A stretch of DNA of 64,000 nt from Octopus sinensis. Its lineage: Eukaryota. Both the position numbers and the translations under genes were made by a program. Shown here one piece after another: positions 51,535 to 64,000 of this stretch. Below the pieces are notes generated by a model. It was not told where the DNA came from, did no database searches, and saw only the letters and a list, made by a program, of their open reading frames with translations. How positions within the stretch are numbered: position 1 is the stretch's first letter; every line of letters starts with the position of its first letter. The stretch spans positions 12,214,001-12,278,000 of the forward strand of contig NC_043015.1 in NCBI RefSeq assembly GCF_006345805.1. The letters run 5' to 3'.

Positions 51535-53419
51535 TTTGAGGTAGATTTTCTAGTTGGATGCCCTTCGTCATGCTAGCAAGTTTAGAATTCTCCATGGCCA
51601 GACAAGTTCTTGCAGAATATTGGAAATGAATGACATTGCTTATACGTGTGATAATCATTTACAACCTTCACGTAATGTCAAGACAAGGCATCACACACAC
51701 ACACAGAATGGGCTTCTTTCAATTTGTCTACTAAATCAGCTAACAAAGCTTTGTTCAGCTCAGGGCTATAACAGATGACATTAGCCCAAGGTACTATGCT
51801 CTGAACATGATTAGGAAGCCAAAAGTTTCTTTTAAAAATTTTTTGATTAATCTAAATGAAATTAAATAGAGATTCTATTAATTTTGTTATGAAGAATAAA
51901 ACTTGGCTCTATATGAGTTTTATTGTTCATAACATAATATTAATAAAATTTCAATTATTTAATTTCTTGTAACTTGATCTAAAAATTAAATTTATGTTTT
52001 TTTTTTTTTTATGTATTTATTTGATAAATAGTAAGTATGCAACAAAGAAAGAGTGATATAGTATAATTAATACCAATTTATTCACTGCTGAATGCACAGT
52101 AACCAATTTTGGATAGAAAGAAAACATTTTAACCCAGTATTTCTCAATCATTTTTTACTCTTTGAACCCCTTTGATACCTATTTTATTTGGGTGAACCCC
52201 AATAGCCAATCAATGTTTTAAAAAATCCTCTGTACTTTCATAATTAGATATTATTAGGAATTGTATAAAAAAAGAATTGTTAAAATATTTTGTGTATTGT
52301 AAGAGTAAAACCAATTTATTGCTAACAGATAATAACAAAATCTTATGTAGACCCCCAAAGATCATAGTTTGAACCCTTTCAATACCACATATCCATTGAA
52401 ATACACATTTCAATTACTTTTGAAAATAAGGAAGAATTTAGTAAAATAATTTTGTCATTAAGCAGGTGTCTGGAATATAATAAATTAGCATAAATTTTGA
52501 TGGAAGGTTTTAACTAAGATCATTTTAAAATGGGAAGTTTGTATCATAGAACCAGGGGTGATTTCAGACAGTTTGGTATCGAAAGAGTTAAAAGAAAAAT
52601 AAACGCAATTTCACAATGCTATAACCTACAAATCTAAATACGCCTTTTTTCTTTACTATGCATCCTAGGTGTGCTAAGTAAAAGGGTTGGCATCAGGAAG
52701 GGCAACTGGCCATAAAATAATTCTTCAAAATGTTTTGTGCAGCTTATGGCAGGTATGGAAATGTAGACAATGATGTAAAGAAATATGTAACAATTATTTT
52801 TAAGTCAAACGAATATATTCAACTGAACAAAAAAAAAATAATTTTTACATTGATACAAATTCAAAAAGTTAATGTAGATTCAATTTCTTAAATGGATTTT
52901 AAAATTTCCTAATTTTACAGTTTTTTAGCATTTATCTTTTGTTTCATTCAGTGAACTGCAGCTATGCTGGGCCCAGCCTTGAAGGATTTAGTCAAGCAAA
53001 TCAACCCCCAGGACTTATTTTTTAAAGCCTAGTACTTATTCCATCTGTCCTGGAACCACTCAGTTATGGGGTCATAAATCAACACCATTGTCAAATGAGG
53101 GACAAACACAGAGATATATCTATACAAACACCTACACACATACAGGCTTCTTTCAGTTTCCATTTACCAAATCCACACACAAGGCTTTGGTTGGCCTGGA
53201 GCTATAGTAGAAGATACTTGCCCAAGGTATCACACAGTGGGACTGAACCCAAAACCGTGTGGTTGGGAAACAAACTTCTTACCACACAGCAACACTTGTG
53301 CCTATGTGGACTTTTGTTTTGGAGCAACCACTGTATTTTAAACATATGCTAGCATAATTTGTTGCATAGAGAAACATAGATTCTGTTCAGAGTAAGTAAG
53401 AAACATCCATACATGATGG

Positions 53420-55570
53420 AGCTTTAGACCAAAATACCTTTACAATTGCTTTTTTTTCTATCATTATCAACAGAACAAATTGTGGATTCTTGATCTTCCT
53501 CATTAACAACACTTGATGGTAAACTGATTTGAAACATTTTGGGTAAATTCAAAATCTTTGTCACAATCTGATCATCAATGTTTTTATGCTTGGGACAATG
53601 TAATGGATTTTTAATAGATATTTTTCTGGTGCTCAAAAAGAAGTCAGCATTTTCATCTCACTCTCAAAAGAGGGTCAGGTTTAACCCTTTAGCATTTAAA
53701 CCGGCCATATCCGGCCAAAAGTATTCTGCCTGTTTTATGTTCAAACTGGCCAGATCTGGTCTCTCACACCAGCCCTACAATATCGTCTTAAAAATTAACA
53801 GCTACCTCATCAAAATCTCATAGCTACAAGATAATGCATGATTAGTTCAAAACAATGTGAATGAAAAAGGATTAATTTAGGCAGAATAATGCGAACACTA
53901 AAGGGTTAAAAGCTTATGCGGTAGCAGATGCAGCAAGTACACCATAAATTACAAACTGGCACCAAAAGTCAGAGATATGATGATGGTTTCAAATATTTAT
54001 TTCTATTGTGACATCCGAAATTTTGGTTTATTAGTTGTATGGGAGATACACTGTTGGATGATAGAAGGTACAAAAATATTTCTACATTTTAAAACTAACT
54101 TAGATCCATGGGGACAGGCTCTAAAGTTATCAAAGGTTTTTAATTTTTTTTATGTCAAACTGCAAATCCAATTTATCAAGTAAACCAATTTTAAAAAAGT
54201 TCCTTATCCAAACACACATTCTTTTGGGCTTAGTAAGAGATCAGTAAATGCATTATTCATTTCAAGGCTGTATGACAATGGAACTTAATCACTGCATGTT
54301 TTATCTTGTGTTGGGCAGATGCATTTGACAAGAACTGTCAGCCATTTATTTTGCTTGAATCCTCTGGCAGCTGCTTCAATACAAACTGCCAATGTTTTCA
54401 CTACTAAACATTTTTTAGTAAAGGCCAATTTCACTGGCATTGTATATTCAATCAGCTCTAAGATTATGTTCCTAAACAAGTTAATCAGATATTGGACTGA
54501 ATGCTTTTAGTCACTTGTAAATCAGTTGTTTTCACCAGTAATGTTCAGTTTCCACAGTTTGGTTAATGTAAACTATTCCTATCAGCTATTTTATAATTAG
54601 GCCAGAACATATAAAACCTAAAAAGCTTTAGCTTTTTGATAATGTTCTTAATTTTGTTTAAAGTTGTCATCACCGTTTAACATTCTCCTTTCATGCTGGC
54701 ATGGGTTGGATGGTTTGGAAGGAGCTGGAAAGTCACAAGACTGTGTCAAGCTCTACTGTCTGCTTGGCATGGTTTCTACAACTGGATGCCCTTCATAATG
54801 CCAACCACTTTACAGAGTGTACTTGGGGCTTTTTTTCATTGCATCAACAGCAGCAGTAAGACACCAAGTAGCTTGCAAGATAAGACCCCTCAACTAGGGG
54901 AGGAAGAATATTGAGGGAGGTGGGTTTTTGCTAGATGAATATTGCGTTTGCAATAAGAGGAGATACCTGGCTATCTCAGTTGAGGAGAGAGATGGTGAAG
55001 ATGTGATGGAGAGTATACTCAAGTTACAGGGAAGTGTATATGAGTGAGTTGGAAGCAAGGATTGGATAGGTTGAGCGAGTGGGTAAGTTTGTGAGATTGT
55101 GAAAGGAGGAGAGGGGGAATGTAATAAGTGGAGACAGGTAGAGAGAGGAGGCATTGGAAGGTATGTTGTGGAGGAAGAGATACGACAATGATTCAAAATC
55201 ATATCATATATCATTAACTCTTTCACATTTAAACTGGCCATATCTGGCCCAAATATTCTACCTGTTTTATGTTTAAAACTGGCCAGATCCAACTTCTCAC
55301 ACTTCCCCTACAAAGACTTTCTAAAAGTATATTATCACACTATTGAAATCTCAAGGCTACAAGACAATGCATGATTAACCCAAAGCAATGTAAATAAATA
55401 AGTATTGCTTTTAACTGAACAATCTGAATGCTAAAGCATTAACAAACTTACACATATGCCTCATAACCATTTTTCTTAATGTCTACTGTTGTAGTATAAA
55501 ATTTCTGTCTCTTTTGTTGTTTCTTCTTCAGTAACTTTAAACATCATGATGGAATATGTGACAAAGAATA
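53420..55570 (-). mobile_element. Heavily degraded Tigger/pogo transposase fossil with nested insertions; ends approximate
   Basis: Across frames: TTVDIKKN (HTH-psq-like, about 55480), KLNITGE (about 54540), IYNASEIGLY and KTLA...GFKQNK.LTVLV (54330-54450). Confidence 0.55.
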
Positions 55571-57385
55571 AAATGTTTAAAATACAGCACCAGGCATTTC
55601 ACGTTATATGCTTGGCATTCAGTTTACAACTGGTAGTTGCAGACATAAACAAGCTGGCACGATGATGGCAATATTCCTGACAATGATTTTCAAAAGTACC
55701 ATTAGCTTTGATTATCTGTTATTCTCTTTTACTCGTTTCAGTCATTTGACTGCGGTCATGCTGGAGCACTGCCTTTAGTGGAGCAAATCGACCCCAGGAC
55801 TTATTCTTTGTAAGCCCAGTACTTATTCCATCGGTCTCTTTTGTTGAACCGCTAAGTTACAGGGGACGTAAACACACCAGCATCGGTTGTCAAGCGATGT
55901 TGGGAGGACAAACACAGACACACAAACATATACACACACACAGTATATATATATATATATATACATGACGGGCTTCTTTCAGTTTCCGTCTACCAAATCT
56001 ACTCAAAAGGCTTTGCTCGGCCCGAATCTATAGTAGAAGACATTTGCCCGAGGTGCCATGCAGCAGGACTGAACCCGGAGCTATGTTGTTGGTAAGCAAG
56101 CTACTTACAACACAGCCACCCTGTGCCTATAATTCTAGATAATATTATTTCATAAGTTTAGTGATGGCATGTAACTTAATGGTTAGGATATTTGGCTTAC
56201 ACTCATAGGATCAGACATTCAATTCCCAGCAGCATGATACTTTATTTCACAAAGCTCCAGTCCACTCAACTGGCACAATTGAATAGCACCCATATTTCAA
56301 AGGGCCAGCCATGCCACATTCTGTGTCATGCTGAATCTCCCCGAGAACTAAATTATGGTCACGCGTGTCTGTGGAGTCCTTAGCCACTTGCAAGTTACTT
56401 TTGCCAGCAAGCAGTTCTATTGAGCAGATCAACTGGATCACTCATCACCATAACCAGTGGAGTGCCAGTCAGATTTCATAAGTTTATTGTAGTAATAATA
56501 TATACCATTTCCCTTCAAATCCAACCAACAAAGTTATCTATCTTCCTCCTTTATCCATGTTGTCTGTCTGTCTGTCTCACTCCTTCCAGGACTGACATCC
56601 TTCTGCTCCAGAACATCAACTCCCAAGAATTCCGTCCTCATCTATGTTTTTCTTACAAATTTCAATTTGCTGCTTTTCAATTGCATGAGCTCAAAATCCA
56701 GAAAGAATCTGTTCAGATCATGAACTTTGTCCCTCCTTCCTAAAACCATCTTGACGCCTCTGTCAGTCAGCACTGACCATGGACCTGCACCAGGAATATT
56801 TTTCACTCAAGTGTATACCTTGGTAAAGTTTCTTCATAGAAGACCAGCAGTTGATGCTACAGGTCTCTCTTCTCAATGCAACTTATGTCCAAGAGAAAAG
56901 CAAGGCCCAATTCAACTTGGCACCATTATCATCATAAGGGAAGTCAGAACACAAAGTGACAGAACAAATACTTCCAAACTCTAACAATTCCTCCAAACCA
57001 TCGCAACAGACTGGTAGTTTATTACATTGAGTTCAGAATGATAAAAAGGATATGGTCAACCTCAGCAAGAGTTTAACTCCCAAGGTTAAAAGCTCAAACA
57101 AATAAATATAGGGATTTTTGCCCCATGCCCTAATAACCCTGCACAAGCTATCGCCTAGCTAAAACTCTTAAAAACAATTATCATGCCTACAAGTATATGC
57201 TGATATTTGAAATGTCTACAGAAATGTGAAATTTTCCACTAAAAAAAAGAATAAAAACGTTCTGTAAAATAGAATCACTCTTCGAACCATGGAAGAAATT
57301 GGTAATATAACAAAAACAATCAGACAACCTGGAAGTCATGGAATTTCCCAGAATGTCGTTCAGATGTTATTTTCGGAATACTTTG

Positions 57386-57767
57386 GGATCTTTTCCTTTT
57401 GAACGGCACTTTTCAACACAATTTCTAGTTAACTAAACACTTTTAAACTTCGAATACTGGTAGAATGTGTCAAAATAAAACATTTTTCTCTCCTGGCTTT
57501 CTTGAGAAAATTGTAATTTGTAAGTTTAACGTAGTTTAATTTTTCGAATTTTAACCAATCAATGGCTTCTATTGAGCTAAAATCATTTGCTGCGTCTAAA
57601 ACTGAGACAAAAATTAAACTACGTTAAACTTACAAATTACAATTTTCTCAAGAAAGCCAAGAGAAAACAATGTTTTATTTTGACACATTCTACTAGTATA
57701 CGAAGTTTAAAAGTGTTTAGTCAACTAGGAATTGTGTTGAAAACTGCCGTTCAAAAGGAAAAGATCC
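57386..57767. mobile_element. MITE with about 159-bp TIRs and an 8-bp TSD (Merlin-like)
   Basis: Ends GGATCTTTTCCTTTTGAACGGCA / TGCCGTTCAAAAGGAAAAGATCC; flanks ATACTTTG / ATACTTCG. Confidence 0.8.
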
Positions 57768-59350
57768 ATACTTCGTCCAGTTCGCTCAGCTCTCGGTTGT
57801 CACTATGATCGTTTCTCTGGACGCTACGTTTGGCACCTCTTTAACTTGTTTGGCAAATTCCTCCTGAACACACTCATATAAAACCCACAATATTACAACC
57901 CTTTAATACTACCCAGTCGCTTTCTCACACGAGAGAACGAAGAGAGAACGTGTGAATGAAAGGCTGAGAGTGTACAGCCCAGCGTTTCCATTACACAAGT
58001 TCAACAAAACATGACATACTTTAAACCTGTTGTCTAAGACATCCGTCTCCGTCACCACCACCAGGATAACTAACTGCACAACTTGCAGAAGAAGAGAGAG
58101 AAGGAAAGAAACATTTGCAGAGGTGGTGGTCTGAAAATGTTACAGCGTTAATGTAGTAATTAGTTTTCGAGTACGTCAGAGCATTCACATACAAAAGACG
58201 ACACAGGGAGCGGAAGTTGTTGGACAGGATGATGTTCGTTTAGTTTCCCCCAATTACTGTAGTTTCCCGTCCTCCTCCAGACACCAATGAACTCTCTCAC
58301 ACACACACAAAACACCCATTCTCCAAACCTCACCAACCAACTGTCAGACACTGTCAGACTCGGCCCTTCCACAGACTGACATTGTCAAATCCTCAACAAT
58401 AAGTAGCGAATACACCTAACATACACATAAAATAAAATGCTTTTACAGAGAGATAGCCAGATGTGTAACGCGTGCACACAATAAGGTCGTTAGCTGTTTA
58501 GTTACATACACACACCGGGAAAGCAAGCAATATGACATACATACGGAAAAAGACGTAGCCAAGTGGCTAACAACAACGCATACAATTTGTGTATTTGTTT
58601 ATATATCGAGCCGTTTGCCCTCATGAGAACCCAATTTCTGTTTGGGCTTGACTCCTTTCTATATATTGTTAAAGGGGAAGAAGAGGGGTCAATTATACAC
58701 ATTTGATTACTTCCGTAAGATAAACAGACAGGGTACAGCCTCGGGTATATCAAGTCGGAAGAGATAAAGAATACGCACACCACCCGTTTCCGGCGTAACC
58801 CTGATCCTAAACACCGGGTGTGCGTATTCTTTACCTTCGCCATCAAGTCTTACTAAATCAGTGATCGCTATTCTTCCCGAACAGTACTGGCTGCGTTGAT
58901 AAAAGCCCATAATTAAAATAAGTTAACAAAACTACCATACAGAGGGTCGATTAAGTACCAGTAATATGCTGAAACCATCTCAATCTACTATTTCCTAGTT
59001 CCATAAATCGGTGGGCCTAAATACCTCTATCAAATATGTATCAGTTGTAACTAGAAAGTTTCAGCGTAATCAATAGGGATGCTAAAAATAGCTGCCAAAT
59101 ATACCCCAAATCACGTCTTTACAATCTCAGAAAAGAGGCCACAATAAATAAAGTGGTCCTGGGTTCTCTTGCACGACGGCATGATTCTGGTTAGAATGTC
59201 TTTGATCGTAGATATGTTCAATCAAGACTGAGCCGAGGTTAAACAACAATACCACTAACGTACTAGACTAGACTCAATTTAATCTTAAACTGTTTACCAA
59301 ACTTCAATAGGTTATAATACAGTTCTATATTTAAGAGATGAGGGATTATT

Positions 59351-59592
59351 TACATTATTTACATTTGACGGGTATTTGTCCTCATCTTGTTTATTGTTAA
59401 CACAACGTTTCGGCCGACGTTAGACTTCAATGGAGACATATTGAGAAACTCCATCAAAAACTAGCTCGTCTTTCGACTCAGGTTCAAAATTTCCCCAAGA
59501 CACCTGATGAAAGCTGAAGGGTATATCAGCCGAAACGTTGTGTTAACAACAAACAAGATGAGGACAAATATCCGCCAAATGTAAATAATGTA
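59351..59592. repeat. Inverted repeat (64-bp arms) of Penelope pseudo-LTR type
   Basis: 59351-59414 vs 59529-59592 with about 3 mismatches; the right arm overlaps the hammerhead motif. Confidence 0.85.
59499..59544 (+). ncRNA. Minimal hammerhead-like motif of the Penelope-associated type
   Basis: GACAC-CUGAUGA-AA-GCUGA(AGGGUAUA)UCAGC-C-GAAA-CGUU-GUGUU; AACGUU palindrome in place of stem III. Confidence 0.65.
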
Positions 59593-60295
59593 CTCAATAG
59601 GTTATGTTAGAAAACGCAGTCAACTTTGCTTTGTTTAGTCTTCCGAAGTTGATGAAATAAAGTACGAGCCAAGTGTTGAGGTTGATATCATTAACTGCTC
59701 CCTTTCTCAAAATCTGGTCGATGTACCCAAATAAGACAATATTTTAACATTTGAGGGTGGTGGAACGGCAGAACTGGTGCAGCATGAGGCAAAATCACGA
59801 GCCTTTTATGTTTTAAGTCCAAATTCCACTGAAGTCAGTAAAAGTACTAACTTTTTCACCTTGTGGTTATGCAAGATGGAAATCTAGAATTCACTTCTGA
59901 CTTTAATCAACCCTAATGAAGCAGATCTATAATCAATAAGTGTTGTTGGAGATTTGGTTGCTATTTCTAACAGGTCGGCGAGCACGTAGACTCACCCGTT
60001 GACTTTGCGAACAAAGTCAACAGGAAAGCTGTGACACAGCATGTAAATATGTCAATTAACAACAGTATGATTAACCTTAGTGTTTTTTGTGATAATGTAT
60101 TAAAATAAGGTTTTTTAAAAAAAGTAGCTCGAAATCAATTATCCATATCATCAAAAACCCCACGAACTAGGAACAAATTATCATTGAAGCCGTTTTTAAA
60201 CGGTGTGTGGAGAGGCTACACCAATCCTTATACATTAAAACGCGTGTTAATGTGACGAGAGGTGGAGTGAGTGTTTGTGCTATATATATAGAATA

Positions 60296-61116
60296 CTAGC
60301 AGTATCGCCCGGCGTTGCTCGGGTTTGTAAGGGGAAATAACTATATAAGCATTTTTAGAGAGTTATAGCCAAAAAATAGCAAAAAATGCATTAAATATGG
60401 GAAAAAAATAATGGTAATTTTTTTTTTTATCGTTTATCTTACTCATCGTAGACAATTTTAGAGAGTTACTTCCCTTATATAATAGCGAAAAATGCATTAA
60501 AATGGGAAAAAATGATGGTAAATTTTTTTTTAAATCGTAGACTCATCGTAGACGCGCGCTAATACCCAGAAGGGCTCGATATGAATCACGACTATAAGAT
60601 ACCCGCTTTGGTTTAAACTGCACCGCAAAATGTGGGAGTAAGGAATCTAAATCGTAGGAGACAGACATACAACCTCTCTTTTATATATAAAGATATCACA
60701 TACATACAAGCGTATCTACAAATATATGGTGTGGATGAGTTTAGGTAGGTAGATAGATAATAAATTAAGTGACAATTTTCAAATTCAGTATATTGTTGTG
60801 TACTTTTCAAATGCATTAAATATGGGAAAAAAATAATGGTAATTTTTTTTTAAATCGTTTACTCATCGTAGACATTTTTAGAGAGTTACTTCCTTATATA
60901 ATAGCGAAAAAATGCATGTTTAAAATGGAAAAAATGATGGTAAATTTTTTTTTAAATCGTAGACTTCATCGTAGACGCGCGCTAATACCCAGAAGGGCTC
61001 GATATGAATCACGACTATAAGATACCCGCTTTTGGTTAAACTGCACCGCAAAATGTGGGAGTAAGGAATCTAAATCGTAGGAGACAGACATACAACCTCT
61101 CTTTTATATATAAAGA
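60296..61116 (-). mobile_element. Helitron of the 41.5-kb family: complete copy 60296-60693 plus a tandem 5' partial copy ending at 61116
   Basis: 3' CTAG with hairpin cccgagcaacgccggg at 60296; TC 5' ends at 60693 and 61116; internal homology to 41518-41915. Confidence 0.85.
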
Positions 61117-61970
61117 TATCACATACATACAAGCGTATCTACAAATATATGGGTGGATGAGTTTAGGTAGGTAGGTAGGTAGGTAGGTAGATAGATATAA
61201 ATTAAGTGACAATTTTCAAATTCAGTATATTGTTGTACTTTTTCATGCGGAATCAGAGTTTGTAATTCAGTTATCGCAGAAAAAAAAAGAAAAAATTTCA
61301 GGAAAATGTAACAAAGGTTTAGAATTTCCTCATTTTTACCCAATCAGAGAAAAGGGTTTGTGCGTAACAGCCGTGATAAAATGAAACTAAACAAGTTTTA
61401 AAACAAACTGAAAGCAATGCATGAGAAATAATATAGTAACTAATAGAGAGAGAGAGAGACCGATGGTGATAGTGGGAGAGTTGTCGATCTGAAAGTTTGA
61501 GTTATTTCCAGGGCTGGACGCGAAATTTTTTTCCCACGAGAGCTCCGGACCCCAGTTATGAACTCATTTGCATACAGCCAATCAGAGCTCAAACTAATTT
61601 ATGAGCACATAAGTGATGGGCGATAAGGTCACTTGAGTAAGGAGTGACCATGCTTCTTTTCACTTTTAATAACGCTTGTTCTTGTTCCAACCATGGCTGC
61701 CTCTGCGTAGTTATTTGTGTTGTTGTTTACTTTGTAAAACAGTAAGGGGAAAGGGTTGCTAGTACATCACCCTCTACCCACATTTTTCCCATCCACATCT
61801 TTACCATATGGGGCCCTAACAAAATTCGATAATAGCTATAGATGCAAATCTAATTATCTTCTAAAATCAAGCATTGCTTACAACACCGTTCTTCGTCTTG
61901 AGCTTACTTGGTAGAGTGTGTTTGTTAACTTGACAACAAAATCAAAGTGAGCTCTGATTGGCTGTATGCA

Positions 61971-62499
61971 AGCGCAAATTTTTTTTCCACGAGAGTTCCG
62001 GACCCCAGTAATGAACTCATTTGCATACAAGCCAATCAGAGCAGAGCAGAGCCATCTTTATACTTTCTTGTCAGCACCTTGCATTCCTTACTCTTTCCCT
62101 TTCTACTGGCAGACGACAACCTTTTTGTCAATATCGAAATTTTTTTTCGCTAACCCCATGAGTACTACTGTCTCTCTAACTACCTGTCGGGCAAAAAATA
62201 AATATATGTAAATAATATTTCTTCCTTTTTGGTATTGATCCTTCGATGTTCACTAGTTACTCCGACGTTGCCACAATAATACACTTGCCCAAACTGAATT
62301 GTTGGAGTAATTTCATTTTTTCTAGAAAATGTTTTTAAAAAGTTATAAAAGTTTAAAGTTTGATCATTTCCACCCAGACAAGAAACAGGATTTGGAAGCC
62401 GTCATTTTGTGCGTGAGCATTTTTCAATCAAGCTCCTTAAGGTCATCAAATTAATTTACATTTTTATATTTTCCGTGAATTTTTCACGGGTCCAGCTAG
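61971..62499 (+). mobile_element. Helitron-like element, second family, 5'-truncated
   Basis: Hairpin ccgtgaa/ttcacgg followed by gtccagCTAG|T; homologous to 62851-63264 in inverted orientation. Confidence 0.7.
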
Positions 62500-62850
62500 T
62501 TATATAAATAGATCTATAATTTACTATTAATAATATAATAGTACTCAGCAAATTTTTTTAGTACACACACATTTTCGTTTTTTTTTTGTTGATCTTTTTG
62601 TTTGGTTACCAGCGTCAATTTTCTGTTCGAATTGATTTCATATTCCGTGTAATGATACACTTTTATAGGCCAATTAATAAAGTGAAAGTAGTTTTGGCTA
62701 TAAATCAATAAATAGTTATTAGTAATTAAAGTTTGAAAATTTTGGAAATTTTACTCAATCGTAAGCCACAGACACATCATGCTTTTCTATTTTAAATTAA
62801 CAAACATTTCACGTCTTGTTTACAAATATTGACAACATGTGCTATTTTGT

Positions 62851-63582
62851 CACACACAAAATGACAGCTTCCAAATCCTGCTTCTTGACTGAGTGAAAAT
62901 GATCAAACTTTAACCTCTATAACTTTTTAAAAACATTTTTCTGGAAAAAATTAAATAACTCCAGCAATTCAGTTTGGGCAAGTGTATTAATGTGCCAATG
63001 TCGGAATAAGCAGTGAACATAGAAGGATCAACACCAAGAAGGAAGAAATATTTACATATATTTATTCGTTACAGTAGTACTTATAGAGATAGCGAAAAAA
63101 ATTTTCGATAGTGACTAAAAGGTTGCTGTCTGCAAGTGGAGAGGGAAAGAGTAAGGGATGCACGGTGCTGACTAGAAAGGATAAAGGTGGCTCTGTTCTG
63201 ATTGGTTGTATGTAAATGAGTTCATTACTGGGGTCCGGAACTCTCGTGGAAAAACATTTTGCGCCTCGGGCAAGCTGAACTTCGGCGTGTACAAGCTGAC
63301 GGTCGTGGAAGTTTCCTTGTCTTTGTCACGCCCTCCTTGTGCCCATATCACCTTGATGGCCTTGGCCTCGGGGACTACCCGAGGGGCCGGTACCTGAAGC
63401 TGGCCTGGTTATTCTTAAAAAGCACAAGTATATATATTTTATCTTACAATTTATGGAGCCAGCTTCTCTTGTGAGCTCGAACCGGGGGGCATGTTCTCGA
63501 AAATCAAATTCGTTTTTCTCGAGACCGCACTGTCTCAGAGCTTTTCAGGGCTAATCTCATACACTCGCATTTATATAATAGA
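62851..63582 (-). mobile_element. Helitron-like element, second family, 5' portion
   Basis: A|TCTATTATATAAA 5' end at 63582; inverted homology to 61972-62415. Confidence 0.65.
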
Positions 63583-64000
63583 TATATTCAAATATATATG
63601 TATGTATACACACAAATAAACTGAGACCCCCACACCATTACATATTCACACACACACAAAGGAAAATATTCTCTATAAATGCAATATCAAAACACAACTC
63701 AGCCAACAGAGTGTACATCAGAATCACCATCAAGAAATTTAAGACCACATTTAACTAGCACCATATATATTCTGGAATCCTAACGAGAGAAATGTCACAT
63801 TGTCCTTACACATTTGGCATCAAGTGATAACCACACACTACACGAGCTTCAGTGAATAATGTTACCAAAACCACTATAAGACCACAGTCGCTGCCAGTCC
63901 TGTAATTTATGTACAAATGAATGTTTTCACATCCTATTAGCCCTCAAACAACAAAAAACAAAAACTCATAATTACCTACAGACTTTCAAAATCTATTTCA

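Overview
AT-rich, microsatellite- and SINE-dense eukaryotic DNA; the repeat families suggest an octopus/coleoid cephalopod (inference, not verified). Two host genes are supported, both on the minus strand. (1) A selenoprotein T gene (SELENOT): three coding exons (49931-49694, 48621-48534, 44639-44533), an in-frame UGA-Sec codon in a C-Y-S-U motif, and a separate 3'-UTR exon carrying a well-formed type II SECIS (39860-39947). Its first coding exon was not confidently located. (2) The first coding exon of a NUS1/Nogo-B receptor gene (18711-18291); I could not find its later exons in the window. The rest is mostly transposon-derived: two full-length mariners, a palindromic mariner derivative, Tigger/pogo fossils, a Penelope-like relic, RTE, CR1 and R4-like LINE pieces, non-autonomous Helitrons, piggyBac-, hAT- and Merlin-like MITEs, and several tRNA-derived SINE families. 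The most interesting unannotated signals are five hammerhead-ribozyme-like motifs of at least four sequence types (best one at 24620-24705, minus strand), a candidate 9-nt in-frame microexon in SELENOT (44712-44720), and several long palindromes. All structures were derived by eye; none was computed or searched.
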